A stretch of 64,000 nt of DNA from an uncultured Candidatus Rokubacteria bacterium (GTDB lineage: Bacteria > Methylomirabilota > Methylomirabilia > Rokubacteriales > CSP1-6), in assembly GCA_963789955.1 (NCBI GenBank), contig CAWBMV010000022.1:192001-256000 (forward strand), read 5' to 3'. The notes below the pieces were generated by a model. It did no database searches. It saw only the letters and a program-made list of their open reading frames with translations, and was not told where the DNA came from. How positions within the stretch are numbered: position 1 is the first letter of the stretch; each line of letters begins with the position of its first letter. This document shows, piece by piece, positions 9,813-20,749 of the stretch. The position numbers and the translations under genes were made by a program.

Positions 9813-10343
9813 CTACGCGGCGTAGCCCTGCGGGACGAGGTTCAACGCCTTGGCGAACTTACTGGCGAAGGTTTGAAAGCCCACGATGAAGGTCAGCTCG
9901 ACGACTTCGGCTTCGGTGAAGTGCTCGCGGAGCCGCGTCATGCACGCATCGGTCACTTCCAGATCGTCACGCGTGATGCGCTCGGCGTATTCGAGCGCCG
10001 CGTGTTCGCGCGGTGTGAACCGGGCACTGTCTCGGTAGCGCAGCAGGTCGTCGAGCTTCTCGCTCGGGATCCCCGCCTTCGCGCCGACGGCGCGGCGGAT
10101 ATCCATTCAATAGGCGCTGCCGTACAGCGCCGCGACCTGCACGTTGAGCAGCGCGCGCAAGGTCGATTCGACCCGACCGAACCATTCGATCGCGGCGTAG
10201 AGGCCGCCGAGCCCCATCATGAGCGGCACGCGGTGGGCCATGAGCCGTTCCGGCGTCGGCACCCGACCGTAGATCGCCCGTCCGATCCGATAGAAGGCGT
10301 GGACCGCCATCCCCGGACGTTCCACTTCGCTGATCCTCGTCAT
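9813..10343 (-). CDS. AhpD/carboxymuconolactone decarboxylase-family protein, probable selenoprotein (in-frame UGA at 10109-10107)
   Basis: Two same-frame ORFs joined by TGA: QVAALYGSAY-*-MDIRRAVG...EHAALEYAERIT...FTEAEVVELT; RBS AGGAGG 6 nt before the ATG at 10343. Confidence 0.82.
10067..10104 (-). promoter_or_regulatory. Putative bacterial SECIS element
   Basis: GGAU-A-UCCGC-CGCGCC-[GUC]-GGCGCG-AAG-GCGGG-G-AUCC; the apical loop begins with GU at the 19th nt after UGA. Confidence 0.7.
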
Positions 10344-10446
10344 GGGCATCCTCCTGTCTCGATGTACGGTTGTCTCCAACGCGTCACCCTCGCCACGGGC
10401 CCATGGTACCGTGGCGGTCCATGACGTCGCCCAAGCGCCCCTAGAC

Positions 10447-11344
10447 ATGGAGCAGCGCCAGCTCGGACGCACGGACATCGTCGCGAGCGTGCTCGGCTTC
10501 GGTGGCTCCGAGATCGGCTATCAGAGCGTCAGCGCGCGCACCGTGGCGCGGCTGCTCGGCAACGCGCTCGACGCCGGCCTCAACGTGATCGACACCGCGG
10601 AGTGCTACGACGACAGCGAGAGCCTCATCGGCAAGGCGATCGGGGCCCGCCGCCGCGACGTGTCGCTGTTCACGAAGTGCGGGCACGCCGGCGGCTGGTC
10701 GAGCGCCGACTGGCGACGCGCTCCGCTCCTGGGCAGCATCGAGCGCAGCCTGCGCCGCCTCGCGACCGACTACGTCGATCTCATCCAGCTCCACAGCTGC
10801 TCGCTCAGCGAGCTCAAGAAGGGCGAGGCCATCGAGGCGCTGGAGCGCGCGCGCGAGCGCGGTTGGGCGCGGTACATCGGCTACAGCGGTGACGGCGAGG
10901 CGGCGCGCTATGCCGTCGAGTGCGGGCGCTTCGACACCTTGCAGACGTCGGTCAGCATCGCGGACCAGGACGCGCTCGAGCGCACACTGCCGCTGGCGAT
11001 CGCCCGGCAGATGGGCGTGATCGCGAAACGGCCGCTGGCCAACGTGGCCTGGACGTACGAGCGAAAGCCGTCCGAGCCGTACTACCAGACCTACTGGTCT
11101 CGCCTTCGCAAGCTCGACTATCCGTTCTTGAAGTCGGCGCCCGACACGGCCGTGAGCACGGCGCTGCGCTTCACGCTGAGCGTGCCCGGCGTGCAGACCG
11201 CGATCGTCGGGACGACGAAGCCGGAGCGATGGCAGCAGAACGCCGGGCTCCTCGCGCGGGGGCGCGCTCTCACGCGGCGAGTTCGAGCGAATCCGCGCGC
11301 GCTGGAGCGAGGTCGCCGGCGCGTCGTGGGACGGTCAGGTCTGA
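10447..11344 (+). CDS. Aldo/keto reductase (frameshift near 11260)
   Basis: IDTAECY, FTKCG, SLRRLATDYVDLIQLH, IVGTTKPER. Confidence 0.9.
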
Positions 11345-11365
11345 GCGTGCTGATTGCGACCAGGG

Positions 11366-12026
11366 ATGCGAACGGTAATCCGAAGCGTACGCTCTGAGAC
11401 CGTCGCCGCCGGGCTGTCGTTGATCGCCGTGGCTGTGCTGTCCGTGATCGCGCTCGTCGAGCCGGCTCTCGCCGGCTGGCTCACGGTGGAGAACGGCGTC
11501 GTCGAGTGGCTCCAGGTGCTGCTGGACGCCGGCGCGGCGCTGCTGTTCGGACGCGAGCTCGTGAGGAACGCCCGCCAGACCGGGCGCGTGTCCCCGCTCG
11601 ATCTCGTCATCGTCTCCTGCCTCATCGGATTGAACATCGGCGAGGTCGATCTCGATCGGATCCTGTTCGGCACCAAGGTCATCGCGACTCAGTTCTTCGT
11701 CAATATCAAGGTGGCGCTCTCCTGGCGCGTCCTCGCCATGCTGATCGTCGTGGGCGTGCCCGTGGCGATCGGCATCTTCGTCGTCCTTCGCGTTTCGCGA
11801 ATTCTGGTCCGAGGGGTGGGCCGCCGTCGCGCAACCGTGGGGACGCGCGCTGGCGGCGAGCGTCGCGCTCTCCGTGTTCACCGAAGTCTTCGAGCAGCAG
11901 CTCGGGCATGTGCCGGGAGTGCCGCGCTTCTTTCTCGAGGAGCTATTCGAGCTGGTGGCGGCGATCGGCTTCTTCGTGTCCGCCGTCGCCCGCTCCGGCG
12001 CGCGAGGCTCGTCGCCTTCCCCCTGA
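11366..12026 (+). CDS. Hypothetical membrane protein (frameshifted)
   Basis: Multiple TM segments; ENGVVEWLQ and EELFEL motifs in two frames. Confidence 0.6.
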
Positions 12027-12151
12027 CCGACGCAGGCGCCGGCCGCCCCCGGCCCCGGCGCGGTTGACAAATATGACAAGCCCCGTGACCTCGCTGCCGT
12101 TCGGGAACGCTCGAAGACTCCCCAAGTAGCTGTCTCTTCACGCATAAGTCC

Positions 12152-12168
12152 TTGGCTCGACCCTTGCA
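12152..12168 (+). promoter_or_regulatory. Sigma54 (-24/-12) promoter
   Basis: TTGGCTCGACCCTTGCA versus consensus YTGGCACG-N4-TTGCW, with exact GG-N10-GC spacing; about 50 nt before the ATG. Confidence 0.7.
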
Positions 12169-12217
12169 TAATACGCGTTGGATCGCTATGCCATCTATCG
12201 ACATTTGGGGGAACCTC

Positions 12218-13073
12218 ATGAAGAAGTGGGTCGCCGCCGTCTCGCTTGGCGTCTGTGTCGCTCATCGGCTTCGGGGCGTCGGGCTGGTCTCAAAGTCAGC
12301 CCCTCTCCTTCGGAGTCATCATCTGGCGAAGCCCGACCTTGACCGCACAGTTCTGGAACCCGATCCTGCGTTACGTCTCGGACAAGAGCGGCGTGCCGCT
12401 CCACCTCAAAGTCGCCCAGACCGGCCCGGAGCACACCACGATGGTGCGCCGCGGCGAGTACGACTTCCTCTACTCCAACCACAACTTCATCAAGGAGAAC
12501 GAGGAGAGCGGGTACCGGGTCTTTGCGCGGCCCAAGGAAGATCCCGGGACCGGCGAGATCGTGGTCCTGAAGGACTCCCCGATCCACTCGCTGGCCGATC
12601 TCGAGGGACAGGAGGTGGTGTTCCCGCACATCGCGGCCTTCTTCGGCTATCACCTTCCGATGGACGCGCTGCTGCGCAAGGGGATCCAGGTCAAAGCCCA
12701 CTTCGCCGGCAACCAGGAAGGCGCGATGGGGCAGTTGAAGGCCGGCCGCGCGGTCGCCGCCGGCGTGAACGCGGACGTGATGCGCGCGTTCGCCCAGCGC
12801 GAGCACGTCGCCTACCGCACGCTGTGGAGCTCGGACAGGTACCTGAGCCTCGCCCTCTCGGCCCTGCCATCGATACCGGCCGACGTCGTCAAGGCGGTAC
12901 GCGACGCGTTTCTCAAGATGGCCGATGACCCGGAGGGCGCCAAGGTGCTGGCGTCGAGCGCCGAGGTCCTCAAGCAAGGAAAGCCGATGCGGTTCGTCGC
13001 GTCGAAGGATAGCGAGTACGACAACATGCGTCGGTTCTACCGGACGACCCTGGTGAAGGTCGAGCTCCAGTAG
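12218..13073 (+). CDS. PhnD-like periplasmic binding protein associated with a sensor kinase (frameshift in signal peptide)
   Basis: FWNPILRYVS, DSPIHSLADLEG and EYDNMRRFY segments; stop codon overlaps the kinase start. Confidence 0.75.
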
Positions 13074-16000
13074 TGAGGTTCACGCTCGCCGCGCTCGTGC
13101 GCGGCCAGTTGTCCCTCACGGCCCGGCTCGTGCTCGGCAGCGGGCTGGCGCTGGTCGGCTGCGGCGCCGCGCTGCTGTACTCGATCCTCCGCGGAGAGAT
13201 CATCGATCAGCGCACCACCTTGAGCGAGCAGCTCCACGAGGAGATGAGCTTCGCGCTGCCGGCGATGAGCGGCCCCGCGGTCGTCGGCGACTACGCGGTG
13301 ATCGAGCAGATGGTGAAGGCGCGCGCCCGCCAGCCCACCATCGCCCGGTTCGCGTGGACCGACAACTCCGGCCACCCGGTCGCGGCGCTCGGCCCGCCGA
13401 TTCGCGTGGAGGCTCCCGCCTGGTTCGTCCAGAGGCTCCACCTGCCGCCGCTCGAGGACTCTCAGCCCGTCGTGGTCGGCGGCGAGAAGTACGGCATGGT
13501 CTCGCTGCGGCTCAACCCGGCGCTGTCCGTCAACAAGCTGTGGCGCGGCTTCTGGGAGAAGCTCGGGATTCTGTTCCTGGGTACGGCCTTGTCGCTCGGG
13601 GTCACGCTCGTCCTGCTCCGGAGCGGAGTCCAGCCGCTGCGCACCCTGGCCGCGAGCGCGCGCCGCTTCGGCCAGGGCGACTACGCCGTCCGGATCCTGG
13701 CCGAGGGGCCGCCCGAGACCGCGCAATGCATCCAGGCGTTCAACAGCATGGCGGAGAACATCGAATCCTTGCTGGCGTCGTTGCATCGCAGCGAGGAGAA
13801 GAACCGCCTCCTCGCGCTGCAGGTCGAGCAGTCGAGCGACGCGATCTTCTCGCACGACCAGGGCGGCGTCGTGACCTCCTGGAACCGAGGCGCCACCCGA
13901 CTCTACGGCCACACCGCGGCCGACGCGATCGGGCGGCCGCTCCGCGACCTCGATCTCTGGGACACGCGAGGCGAGCGCGTCGAGGCGGTGACTCCGGCCT
14001 CGTTCGAAACGTGCGCCAAGACCAAGACCGGTCAGCTCGTCGAAGTGTCGGTGGTGGCCACACCGTTTCGCGACGAGGCCGGGCGGCCGATGGGTGAGCT
14101 CACGATCGTCCGCGACATCAGCGCGCTGAAGCAGAAGGAAGCCGCCGCCGAGGCGGCGAACCGCGCCAAGTCCGAGTTCCTGGCGACCATGAGCCACGAG
14201 ATCCGGACGCCGATGAACGGCGTGATCGGCATGACCGCGCTGCTGCTCGACACGCCGCTGACGCGCGAGCAGCGCGACTACGCCGAGACGGTCCACCGCT
14301 CGGGCGAGGCGCTGCTGGCCATCATCAACGACATCCTCGACTTCTCGAAGATCGAGGCCGGCCGGCTCGAGCTCGAGCCGGTGCCGTTCGCCCTGCGCGA
14401 GACCCTGGGCGAGACGATCAAGACCCTGGCATCGCTCGCTCACGCCAAGTCGCTCGAGCTGGCGTACGAGATCCGTCCGGACGTTCCCGACGATCTCGTC
14501 GGAGACACCGGCCGGCTCGGTCAGATCCTCGTCAACCTGGTCGGCAACGCGATCAAGTTCACCGAGCGCGGCGAAGTCGCGGTGCGCGTCGACACCGAGT
14601 CGGTGACCGCCGACCGCGTGACGTTGCGCGTCGCGGTCCAGGATACCGGCATCGGCATCGCGGCCGACAAGAGCCGGCTCATCTTCGACGCGTTCGCCCA
14701 GGCCGACGCGTCGACCACGCGTCGCTTCGGCGGAACCGGGCTGGGTCTCGCCATCTGCCGGCGCCTGGTCGAGCGGATGGGCGGCCGGATCTGGCTCGAC
14801 AGCGAGCCCGGGCGTGGCAGCACCTTCCATTTCACCCTGGCGCTCGAGCGGGCCCGCGTGCCGGTGCCCCGGCGCGTGGCGGCGCCGTCGCACTCCTTGC
14901 AGGGGTTGCCGGTCCTCGCCGCCGACGACAACGCGACCAACCGTCGGCTGCTCGAGGCGACCCTGACCGCGTGGGGCGTGGCCCCGACGATCGTGGAGGA
15001 CGGACGGGCGGCCATGGTCGAGCTCGAGCGGGCGCGCGCCGCCGGACGCACGTTCGATCTGGTGCTCCTCGACGCCCGGATGCCCGACCTCGACGGCTTC
15101 GCCGTCGCCGAGCGCATCCGTCAGGAGCCGGCACTGGCCGGCGTCACCGTGATGCTGCTGACGTCGGACGTGATGAGCGGTGACCTGGCCCGCTGCCGCG
15201 CGCTCGGCGTCGCGCGCCATCTCGTCAAGCCGTTCACGCCGTCGGAGCTACTGAACGCCGTGCTCCTGGCCCTCGGCCAGTCGGTCGAGCCGACGACGCC
15301 GCTGTCACGAGCCTCGCGCGAGGCGTCCACCAAGCGCCTGCACGTGCTGGTGGCCGAAGACAACGCCGTCAACCAGCGCGTGATCGTGCGGCTGCTCGAG
15401 AAGATGGGCCACATTCCAATCCTGGCGTACAACGGGCAGGAGGCGGTCGAAGCCTACGAGAGCCGTCCGTTCGATGTGGTGCTGATGGACGTTCAGATGC
15501 CCGTGATGGACGGGCTCGCGGCCACGCAGACGATCCGCCAGAGTGAGGCGCGCAACCCGGGCCGGCGCCGGCTGCCGATCATGGCGCTGACCGCGTATGC
15601 GATGCGCGGAGATCGCGAGCGATGCCTCGCGGCCGGGATGGACGAGTATCTGACGAAGCCGGTCAAGCCCGAAGAGCTCGCGGCCGCCCTGAACCGGCTC
15701 GTCCAGACCGGCCACGACGCCGACCCGGTGGACCACACCGCGGCCGCCGGGCCATCGAGCACTCCGCAACGTCCGAACGGAAGCGACGCCGTATCGGAGC
15801 CGCGCGACCGCGCGCCCGTTGGGAGCGAAGGCGCGCCGTCGGCGGGCGCGCCGGGTCCGGTCGTATCGAGCGATGCCTCGCCCGAAGCCGGATTCGATTT
15901 CTCCGCCGCGCTCAACTACGTCGGCGGGGACCGCGAGCTATTGGACGAGCTGCTCGGCATCTTCGTCGAGGACGCGCCGATCCGGATGAAGGCGCTTCGA

Positions 16001-16222
16001 CACGCCATCGGCAATGCCGACGCGACGGAGCTGACCCGCGAGGCCCACACGCTCAAGGGGGCGCTGAAGGTGATCGGCGCCACGACGGCGGCCGGCCTCG
16101 CTCAGGGGCTGGAGGCGCTCGGGCGTGACGGCAACATGAGCGAAGCCGACAAGCTGGCCGTCGCGCTCGAACGAGAGATGGACCGCCTGATGCAGTCCTT
16201 GATGGCGTCGAAGCGAGGCTGA
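13073..16222 (+). CDS. Hybrid sensor kinase: TM-HAMP-PAS-HisKA-HATPase-REC-REC-Hpt
   Basis: [37 protein letters not shown], two receiver domains, Hpt AHTLKG. Confidence 0.93.
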   Translation: MRFTLAALVRGQLSLTARLVLGSGLALVGCGAALLYSILRGEIIDQRTTLSEQLHEEMSFALPAMSGPAVVGDYAVIEQMVKARARQPTIARFAWTDNSGHPVAALGPPIRVEAPAWFVQRLHLPPLEDSQPVVVGGEKYGMVSLRLNPALSVNKLWRGFWEKLGILFLGTALSLGVTLVLLRSGVQPLRTLAASARRFGQGDYAVRILAEGPPETAQCIQAFNSMAENIESLLASLHRSEEKNRLLALQVEQSSDAIFSHDQGGVVTSWNRGATRLYGHTAADAIGRPLRDLDLWDTRGERVEAVTPASFETCAKTKTGQLVEVSVVATPFRDEAGRPMGELTIVRDISALKQKEAAAEAANRAKSEFLATMSHEIRTPMNGVIGMTALLLDTPLTREQRDYAETVHRSGEALLAIINDILDFSKIEAGRLELEPVPFALRETLGETIKTLASLAHAKSLELAYEIRPDVPDDLVGDTGRLGQILVNLVGNAIKFTERGEVAVRVDTESVTADRVTLRVAVQDTGIGIAADKSRLIFDAFAQADASTTRRFGGTGLGLAICRRLVERMGGRIWLDSEPGRGSTFHFTLALERARVPVPRRVAAPSHSLQGLPVLAADDNATNRRLLEATLTAWGVAPTIVEDGRAAMVELERARAAGRTFDLVLLDARMPDLDGFAVAERIRQEPALAGVTVMLLTSDVMSGDLARCRALGVARHLVKPFTPSELLNAVLLALGQSVEPTTPLSRASREASTKRLHVLVAEDNAVNQRVIVRLLEKMGHIPILAYNGQEAVEAYESRPFDVVLMDVQMPVMDGLAATQTIRQSEARNPGRRRLPIMALTAYAMRGDRERCLAAGMDEYLTKPVKPEELAAALNRLVQTGHDADPVDHTAAAGPSSTPQRPNGSDAVSEPRDRAPVGSEGAPSAGAPGPVVSSDASPEAGFDFSAALNYVGGDRELLDELLGIFVEDAPIRMKALRHAIGNADATELTREAHTLKGALKVIGATTAAGLAQGLEALGRDGNMSEADKLAVALEREMDRLMQSLMASKRG

Positions 16223-16253
16223 GCCCGCCGCCGTCAGGCGACCGCGGCTCGGC

Positions 16254-19200
16254 TCACGACAACAGAATCAGCAGATCGCGCGGGCCCACGGCGTCGCCCG
16301 GCGCCACGTACACCTCGGCCACGATCGCGTCGCGCTCCGCGATGATGTGCGTCTCCATCTTCATCGCCTCGATCGCCAGGAGCGTCTCGCCCCTCGCGAC
16401 GACCTGACCGGGTCGCACCGCCACCGCGACCACCGTTCCGGCCAACCCGGCGCTCACGTGCGCGGAATTCCCGGTCTGGACCTGCGCGCGTGCGCCCTGG
16501 ACCGTCGCCGCGGGTGTGGCGACCGTGACCAGCTGGAGCTGGCCGTCGACGGTCGCGAACAAGGTCACGAAGCCGCCGTCGTCGGGCTCTGTCCTGGCGA
16601 GCAGGCCGATCACGTGGCGCTTCCCGGGCGCCACCTCGACCTCGATGTCTTCGCCTTCGCGAAGTCCGTAGAAAAACGCCGGCGTCGGCAGCGCCGACAC
16701 GTCGCCGAAGCGATCCCGGTGTCGCGCGTACTCGACGAAGAGCGCCGGGAACAGGAGCCACGACGACAGCTCGCGCTCGCTGACCGGACGGCGCACCGTG
16801 GCCTCGAGCTCGAGGCGCCGCGCCGCCAGATCGGCGGGGGGCAGATAGGCGGCCGCGCGGCCGTAGATCGCGGGCTGGCCCTTGAGCACCTTGCGCTGGA
16901 GATCGGCCGGGAAGCCTTCCGGAGGCGCCCCGACCTCGCCGCGAAACAGCGCCACGACGGATTTCGGGAACGCCAGGTCGCGCGCCGGATCGAGCACGTC
17001 GTCTCGGCTCAGGCCGTTGGCCACCATCGAGAGCGCCATATCGGCCACCGCCGTGGACGTCGGCGTGATCTTCACCAGGTCGCCGAACAGCAGATTCACC
17101 TCGGCGTAGCGCTGGCAGATCTCGTCCCAGCGGTGCTCGAGCCCCATGCCCCGGGCCTGAGCGCGGAGGTTCGTGTACTGTGGTCCCGGCATCTCGTGGC
17201 GATAGACGTCGGCGGTTCCGGCGCGCATGTCGGCCTCGAACGGCGCGTAGTAGCGGCGGACGATCTCCCAGTAGCGTGACAGCGATTGCAAGGTTTCGGG
17301 ATCGAGCCCCGGATCGAGCTCCGACCCGGCCAGCGCCGACGCCATGGCGCTGAGATTCGGCTGCGCGGTGAGCCCGCTCATCGCGTCGAGGGCGCCGTAC
17401 ACCGCATCGGCGCCCGCGTCGATGGCGGCCAGGACGCTGGCGCCGGCGATGCCGCTCGTATCGTGCGTGTCGAAGTGGATGGGAAGCCCGACCTCGCCTC
17501 GCAGCGCCTCCACCAGCGCGCGCGCCGCGCGCGGCCGGCATACCCCCGCCATGTCCTTGATGCCGAGGATCTGCGCGCCGGCCTTCTCGAGCTGCCGCGC
17601 CAGATCCACGTAGTAGCGCAGGTTCCATTTCGGGCGCGCCGTGTCGAACAGATCGCCCGTGTAGCACATCGCCGCCTCGCACAACGCCCCGGCGCCGCGC
17701 ACGGCGTCGATGGCGACGCGCATGTTGTCGACGCCGTTCAGCGAGTCGAAGACGCGGAAGAGGTCGATGCCGGCGTGCGTCGCCTGCGTGATGAAGTGCT
17801 GCACGACGTTGTCGGGGTAGCTCGTGTAGCCGACCGCGTTCGAGGCGCGCACCATCATCTGGAGGAGCAGGTTGGGGACGGCGTCCCGCAGCTGCGCCAG
17901 CCGCTCCCAGGGATCCTCGCGCAGGAATCGCAGCATGACGTCGAACGTCGCGCCGCCCCAGCACTCGAGCGAGAAGAGCTCGGGCGTGAGCCGCGCGTAC
18001 GCGGGGGCGACCGCCAGGATGTCGTGGGTCCTCACGCGCGTCGCCAGGAGCGACTGCTGCGCGTCTCGGATGGTCGTATCCGTGAACAGGATGCGCTTCT
18101 CTCGGCGCATCCAGCCGAGGAAGCGCTCGGGTCCGAGCTCGCGAAGCCGATCGCGGCTGCCCGGCGGGATCGGGCGATCGGCGTCGTAGCGAGGGACCGG
18201 CGCACGGGGCAGGGACGCCGCGGGGCGCGGCCGGCCGAGCATCTCCGGGTTGCCGTTGACGGTCACCTCACCGAGAAACTCCAGCAGGCCGAACGCGCCG
18301 TTCGGCGCCGCCGCGGACTCGACGAGCTCCGGTGTCTCGTCCACGAACCGCGTGGTGTAGGCCCCGGCGGCAAACGCCGGGTGCGCGATCACGTGCTCGA
18401 GGAATTCCAGATTCGAGGCGACGCCTTCGACCCGCGACTCGCCGAGCGCTCGCGCCATCCGTCCGATCGTCTCCTCGGGGGAGTCGCCCCGGGCGATGAT
18501 CTTCATGAGCAGGGAGTCGTAGAACGGCGAGACGACGGCGCCGGTGTGGGCGCTGCCCGCGTCCACCCGAATGCCGATGCCCGCGGGGATCTGGCAGGCG
18601 GTGAGGCGCCCATGCGCGGGCGCGAATCCGTGGGCCGGATCCTCGGTCGTCACGCGGCACTGGAGCGCGTGCCCCGACACGGTGATCGCCTCCTGTCGCG
18701 GCACGCCGGAATCCGGCTCGCCGATCCGGGCCCCGGCGGCGATCCGGAGCTGCGCCTTCACGATGTCGATCCCGGTGACTTCCTCGGTGACCGTGTGCTC
18801 GACTTGCAGCCGCGCGTTGACCTCGATGAAATAGAACGCCCGCGTGTCCGCGTCCACCAGGAACTCGACGGTCCCGGCGTGCGTGTAGCCGGCGGCCCGG
18901 GCCAGGGCGAGCGCGGCGTCGCACAAGGTCGCGCGCTCGGCCCCGGTCAGGAACGGCGCCGGCGCCCACTCGGCGATCTTTTGATGCCGCCGCTGGATGG
19001 AGCAGTCGCGCTCGAACAGGTGCACGAGCGTTCCGTGCAGGTCGCCGAGAACTTGGACCTCGACGTGGCGCGCCCGGCTCAGGAGCCGTTCGGCGTAGAC
19101 CTCGTCCTCGCCGAAGGCGCCGCGCGCCTCGCGCCGGGCCGCCTCGATGAGCGGCCCGAGCTCCGCCGGCGACTCCGCGACACGCAGGCCGCGACCGCCG

Positions 19201-19700
19201 CCGCCTCGGCTGGCCTTGACCATGAGCGGAAAGCCGATCGACGCGGCGAGCGCTTTGGCTTTCTCTAGGTCCCGGGGCAGGGGACCGGTGCCGGGCAAGG
19301 TCGGGACGCCCACGGCCCGCGCGAGGGTCCGGGCGGCGACCTTGTCGCCCAGGGCGCGCAGCACGTCCTCGCGCGGGCCGACGAAGGTGAGGCCGGCGCG
19401 GGCGCACGCGGCGGCCATCTCGGGCTTCGCGGCGAGAAAGCCGTAGCCCGGATGGATCGCGTCGACGCGCGCGCGGCGCGCCACGCGGATGACGTCGTCC
19501 ACGTCGAGATAGGCGTCGACCGCGGTGCGGCCGGCACCGACCCGATAGCTCTCGTCGGCGGCGAAGCGATGCCGGGCGGCTCGATCCTCCTCGGAGAAGA
19601 TCGCGACCGTCCGCATCTGCAGCTCACGGGCGGCGCGCACGATGCGGATGGCGATCTCGCCGCGATTGGCGACGAGAAGGCGCGCGATCTTCTGGCTCAC
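16254..19700 (-). CDS. pyc: Pyruvate carboxylase (divergent)
   Basis: 1148 aa BC-CT-BCCP protein; ANRGEIA, ERDCSIQRRHQK, WGGATFD, IKDMAG, EAMKME. Confidence 0.9.
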   Translation of the reverse strand: MSQKIARLLVANRGEIAIRIVRAARELQMRTVAIFSEEDRAARHRFAADESYRVGAGRTAVDAYLDVDDVIRVARRARVDAIHPGYGFLAAKPEMAAACARAGLTFVGPREDVLRALGDKVAARTLARAVGVPTLPGTGPLPRDLEKAKALAASIGFPLMVKASRGGGGRGLRVAESPAELGPLIEAARREARGAFGEDEVYAERLLSRARHVEVQVLGDLHGTLVHLFERDCSIQRRHQKIAEWAPAPFLTGAERATLCDAALALARAAGYTHAGTVEFLVDADTRAFYFIEVNARLQVEHTVTEEVTGIDIVKAQLRIAAGARIGEPDSGVPRQEAITVSGHALQCRVTTEDPAHGFAPAHGRLTACQIPAGIGIRVDAGSAHTGAVVSPFYDSLLMKIIARGDSPEETIGRMARALGESRVEGVASNLEFLEHVIAHPAFAAGAYTTRFVDETPELVESAAAPNGAFGLLEFLGEVTVNGNPEMLGRPRPAASLPRAPVPRYDADRPIPPGSRDRLRELGPERFLGWMRREKRILFTDTTIRDAQQSLLATRVRTHDILAVAPAYARLTPELFSLECWGGATFDVMLRFLREDPWERLAQLRDAVPNLLLQMMVRASNAVGYTSYPDNVVQHFITQATHAGIDLFRVFDSLNGVDNMRVAIDAVRGAGALCEAAMCYTGDLFDTARPKWNLRYYVDLARQLEKAGAQILGIKDMAGVCRPRAARALVEALRGEVGLPIHFDTHDTSGIAGASVLAAIDAGADAVYGALDAMSGLTAQPNLSAMASALAGSELDPGLDPETLQSLSRYWEIVRRYYAPFEADMRAGTADVYRHEMPGPQYTNLRAQARGMGLEHRWDEICQRYAEVNLLFGDLVKITPTSTAVADMALSMVANGLSRDDVLDPARDLAFPKSVVALFRGEVGAPPEGFPADLQRKVLKGQPAIYGRAAAYLPPADLAARRLELEATVRRPVSERELSSWLLFPALFVEYARHRDRFGDVSALPTPAFFYGLREGEDIEVEVAPGKRHVIGLLARTEPDDGGFVTLFATVDGQLQLVTVATPAATVQGARAQVQTGNSAHVSAGLAGTVVAVAVRPGQVVARGETLLAIEAMKMETHIIAERDAIVAEVYVAPGDAVGPRDLLILLS

Positions 19701-19714
19701 GATCGTGTCCTCAT

Positions 19715-20512
19715 CTACGCCAGCGCGACCAGCATCTTGAGCCCGAGCGCGCCGATCACGATCGCGAAGATCCGCTTGAGCGAGCGCTCGGACGTGCGGT
19801 GCGCGAGCCGTGCGCCGAAGGGCGCCAGCACCATGCTCCCGACGGTGAACCCGATCAGCGCCGGAACGTAGATGTAGCCGACGCTGTGCGCCGGGAGTCC
19901 GGCGGAGCCCCAGCCGTTGATCAGATAGCCGATCGTTCCCACCACCGCGATCGGGAAGCCGATGGCCGAGGCCGTGCCGATCGCCGTGTGAAACGGCACG
20001 TTGCAGAAGACCAGGAACGGAATCGTCAGGGTGGCGCCGCCCATGGCCGCCAGCGCCGAGCAGACGCCGATCCCGGTGCCGACGAGCAGGAGCCCCGTCG
20101 TTCCCGGCAGCTGGCGCGTCGGCTTGGGCTTCCAGTTGAAGAGCATGCTCGAGGCCATGTAGAGCACGAAGACCACGAAGATCACCGCCAGCGGAAAGGT
20201 CGGGATGTGGCGCGCCAGCAGGGTTCCGAGGCCGGTGCCGATGACGATGCCGGGGAGCAAGCGCCGGAGCACCGCCCAGTTGACCGCGCCGTGGCGGTCG
20301 TGCGCGCGCAGGCTCGACAGCGACGTGAAGATCACGGTCGCCATCGCCGTCCCGAGTGCCACGTGCAGCATGTGCTCACGCGGAAAGCCCTGCGCCGCGA
20401 ATGCCATCGTCGTGAGCGGCACCTGGATGCCGCCGCCGCCCATCCCGAGCATGCCCGCGAAGAAGCCGATGAACGCGCCGATCGCCACGTACACGAGCAG
20501 CCACTGATCCAC
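19715..20512 (-). CDS. Sulfite exporter TauE/SafE family
   Basis: GMLGMGGGG, AIGTASAIG, APFGARLAH; about 8 TM segments. Confidence 0.88.
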   Translation of the reverse strand: MDQWLLVYVAIGAFIGFFAGMLGMGGGGIQVPLTTMAFAAQGFPREHMLHVALGTAMATVIFTSLSSLRAHDRHGAVNWAVLRRLLPGIVIGTGLGTLLARHIPTFPLAVIFVVFVLYMASSMLFNWKPKPTRQLPGTTGLLLVGTGIGVCSALAAMGGATLTIPFLVFCNVPFHTAIGTASAIGFPIAVVGTIGYLINGWGSAGLPAHSVGYIYVPALIGFTVGSMVLAPFGARLAHRTSERSLKRIFAIVIGALGLKMLVALA

Positions 20513-20669
20513 GCTCTCTTCTCCCCCTGTCGATGCGCTCGCATCGACGTGGCCACTCGCGAAGCGCGATTGGTGGTCGGAATCCGAGACCGGGACACCG
20601 CGCGCCGCGACGGTCGTGAGCCGATGTGAGAGTATCGGCGAACTTCGTCCCTCGAGACACGGGAATCGG

Positions 20670-20693
20670 TGTCCAGGGCTGCCGAATCTCTGT
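20670..20693 (-). promoter_or_regulatory. Candidate transcription-factor site upstream of tauE-pyc
   Basis: ACAGAGATTCGGCAGCCCTGGACA (minus strand), 21/24 identical to 22044-22067. Confidence 0.6.
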
Positions 20694-20749
20694 CTCGGGT
20701 TGCTAGGTGCCCACCCCGCGGGCAGCGCGGCGACCTTGCGCGGCGCGGG

